In this document: positions 62,365 through 64,000 of the stretch, piece by piece
How the letters are laid out: the number at the start of each line of letters is the position of its first letter
How positions within the stretch are numbered: position 1 is the stretch's first letter
Assembly: GCA_945860915.1 (NCBI GenBank)
Contig: CAMARR010000011.1
Span: 1,394 to 65,393, forward strand
Length of the DNA: 64,000 bases
Source of the DNA: Candidatus Kuenenia stuttgartensis
Lineage (GTDB): Bacteria > Planctomycetota > GCA-002687715 > CAIWVZ01
Direction: 5' to 3'
Translations under genes and position numbers: made by a program
Notes under the pieces: model-generated
What the model saw: only the letters and a program-made list of their open reading frames with translations
The model's database searches: none
Told to the model about the DNA's origin: nothing

Positions 62365-64000
62365 ATGCGAAGCGTGTTCCTCCTCCTTTGCCTCGCCCTC
62401 AACTCAACGCTGCTGGCTCAAGTCACGGTGCGAGCGACGTATTTCCCAGGCCTTCAGGAGGGGCGTCCCGACATTAGTCCGACTCCGATACCTGAGACGC
62501 TTAAAGCGCTGTGCGCGTCGGTGACCGATGCGACGTCGCAAAAGGGTGGGCTAAGTCTTTCTAAGACTGATCTTCTCGTCATTGGCTCATGGGCGACGTC
62601 ATCTCCCGAGCAGAGCATCCTCCTTTGCCGTTCCGCAGAAGCCATTAGCTCGTTCGTCAGACGAGGTGGAGTATGTCTCGTGTTCCCGCAATACTCAGCC
62701 AAAGCGACGCTCGCTGCTGATCTGGCTCCAGAGCTCAAAGGAGACGCGCGCGAACCGATGGCGATGTTCGAACCTGACCTGCCACTCAAGTCGACACCTC
62801 AGTACCTCGATGAGGCGGTCGTGCTCGAGCCCGAGCATCCTCTCGTTTCGACGCCCAACAGAATCGACACGCCCCGAATCAATGGATGGAACGGGCCATG
62901 GGCGGTCCAAACGGACTCCTACCTAGCTCTGCCCAACGCCCGTGTGATTGCCGGTCACCGGTACAAGATCGCATTCCCCTATCTTGCTGAAGTTGTCATC
63001 GGGAAGGGACGCGTCATCGTTCTTTCATCTCCCGTGGACTGCCGGCAGCCATCCACGAACGATCGATCGCAAACCCTGTGTGCTGATATTCTGGCGAACA
63101 CCGTGGCCTACGTCACGGCGCTGCGAGAGAAGACCGCGCCTCCATTCAAGGCCTCAACTCTGGAGTGGCCGCCCGCCACCACCAAGGATGCGGTCATTGA
63201 CTACGACGACTACAAAGGCTTCACCGCGCGCGTCAACAGCGCCGTCGATCGCGGCGTAGTCGCGCTTCGGAGCATGCAGAAGCCTGATGGTTCGTTTGGC
63301 GACTTCCGCTGGGGATATCAACCCAATGTCTTCCCTGTCGGCCAGACCTGCCTCAGCGTGCTCGCCCTCCTCTCATCGGGCGTCCAGAAGTCGGATCCGG
63401 CGATCACCAAAGCGGTGGAGTTCGTCATTGCACGCCCGCCGAAGTCCACCTACGAATGCGGACTTGCCGCGATGATGCTCGAGCACCTCGCCGCGCCGGA
63501 ATTCGAGCGCTTCGAGATTGCTCGCATGACTCGTGAGCAGCGAAGATCGCATGTCTTCGTCCGCAATCTGAAACCGGACCACAAGACCGCGATGGCTGGG
63601 TGCGTCGCTTGGCTTATGGACGCCCGATATCGCGGCGTATGGAGCTACCTTGCGGGCAACAAGACGGCGGATCTCTCCAATACTCAGTATGGTGCCCTCG
63701 GCCTTCTCGCAGCGAGGCGATGCGGTTTCGAGATCCCACCTGAGGCATTCTCTCAGTTCATTGACGTTCTTCTGCGCTCGCAAGGCGACGGCCGTGGGAC
63801 ACGGTCGTACGCGGTGCCTCTGACCACAGAGGATCCGCCGGCGTGGCCTAAGTTTGAAATGCGGAACTTTGGGGTCTCGTTCTGGAACTACCACCCGCTT
63901 GAGCGCGCGACGAGCGGTCGCGGCACGATGGACCTCATCGGCATCACCATGCTGTTGCTTGGAGTCGACGGACTGGGATTCACCAAAGCCACTGACCCGC
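62365..64000 (+). CDS. secreted protein, 3'-truncated by the window end: N-terminal domain of unknown function plus prenyltransferase/squalene-oxidase-type alpha-alpha toroid repeats
   Basis: Not in the ORF track because no stop falls in the window. I translated frame 1 from ATG 62365 to 64000 without a stop. Signal peptide MRSVFLLLCLALNSTLLAQ. Repeats ALRSMQKPDGSFGDF and LSNTQYGALGLLAA. Confidence 0.75.
   Translation, partial: MRSVFLLLCLALNSTLLAQVTVRATYFPGLQEGRPDISPTPIPETLKALCASVTDATSQKGGLSLSKTDLLVIGSWATSSPEQSILLCRSAEAISSFVRRGGVCLVFPQYSAKATLAADLAPELKGDAREPMAMFEPDLPLKSTPQYLDEAVVLEPEHPLVSTPNRIDTPRINGWNGPWAVQTDSYLALPNARVIAGHRYKIAFPYLAEVVIGKGRVIVLSSPVDCRQPSTNDRSQTLCADILANTVAYVTALREKTAPPFKASTLEWPPATTKDAVIDYDDYKGFTARVNSAVDRGVVALRSMQKPDGSFGDFRWGYQPNVFPVGQTCLSVLALLSSGVQKSDPAITKAVEFVIARPPKSTYECGLAAMMLEHLAAPEFERFEIARMTREQRRSHVFVRNLKPDHKTAMAGCVAWLMDARYRGVWSYLAGNKTADLSNTQYGALGLLAARRCGFEIPPEAFSQFIDVLLRSQGDGRGTRSYAVPLTTEDPPAWPKFEMRNFGVSFWNYHPLERATSGRGTMDLIGITMLLLGVDGLGFTKATDP

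Noticed and set aside
1-64000. Mobile elements, prophage, CRISPR arrays, tRNA/rRNA genes
   Set aside because: No transposase, integrase or phage-like ORFs, no terminal inverted repeats, and no regularly spaced direct-repeat arrays were seen. No tRNA-like sequences were found in the intergenic regions I could inspect by eye. A proper tRNAscan/Infernal run would be needed to exclude small RNAs.

Overview
High-GC bacterial chromosomal segment, densely coding: about 58 protein genes, many translationally coupled by 4-nt ATGA/GTGA/TTGA overlaps. By eye I found no rRNA, tRNA, CRISPR array, transposase or integrase. The six-frame track contains many Arg/Pro/Ser-rich antisense or off-frame ORFs typical of high GC. 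I chose frames by recognisable motifs, signal peptides, GC3 and start/stop coupling. Content is mostly housekeeping and cell-envelope genes: queD, a ThiF/MoeB-type E1, PcrA/UvrD, an ABC-F ATPase, thiI, a trmJ-like gene, a THUMP methyltransferase, kynA, murQ, three cyclophilins, a WbpB/D/E-like amino-sugar cassette, a cytoplasmic molybdopterin oxidoreductase, an RpoD-family sigma factor, M28/M24/M14/M23-type peptidases, and many secreted proteins or lipoproteins (LTD, LamG, PD40 propeller, HEAT, Gly-rich). This repertoire is reminiscent of Planctomycetota-like or related lineages, but taxonomy cannot be established from the window. The items most worth follow-up are listed here. (1) A TlpA/thioredoxin-fold gene is split in the ORF track by one in-frame TGA that sits exactly at the first redox cysteine (W-[TGA]-G-P-C), with a hairpin downstream, so it is a candidate selenoprotein. 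(2) A four-gene operon combines a DUF350-like membrane protein, a GspS-family ATP-grasp ligase, an enlarged DUF1190-like protein and an unknown protein (ygiBC/yjfLMC-like, function unassigned), and is flanked by three peptidases. (3) A canonical PcrA/UvrD helicase runs without a stop into a signal-peptide-like hydrophobic segment plus about 400 aa of unknown domain. (4) A roughly 100-120 aa C-terminal module recurs in four otherwise unrelated secreted proteins. (5) A coupled YHS-lipoprotein / MobB-like P-loop / membrane alkaline-phosphatase-superfamily-HEAT cluster is present. All family calls come from motif recognition by eye and memory; no searches were run.
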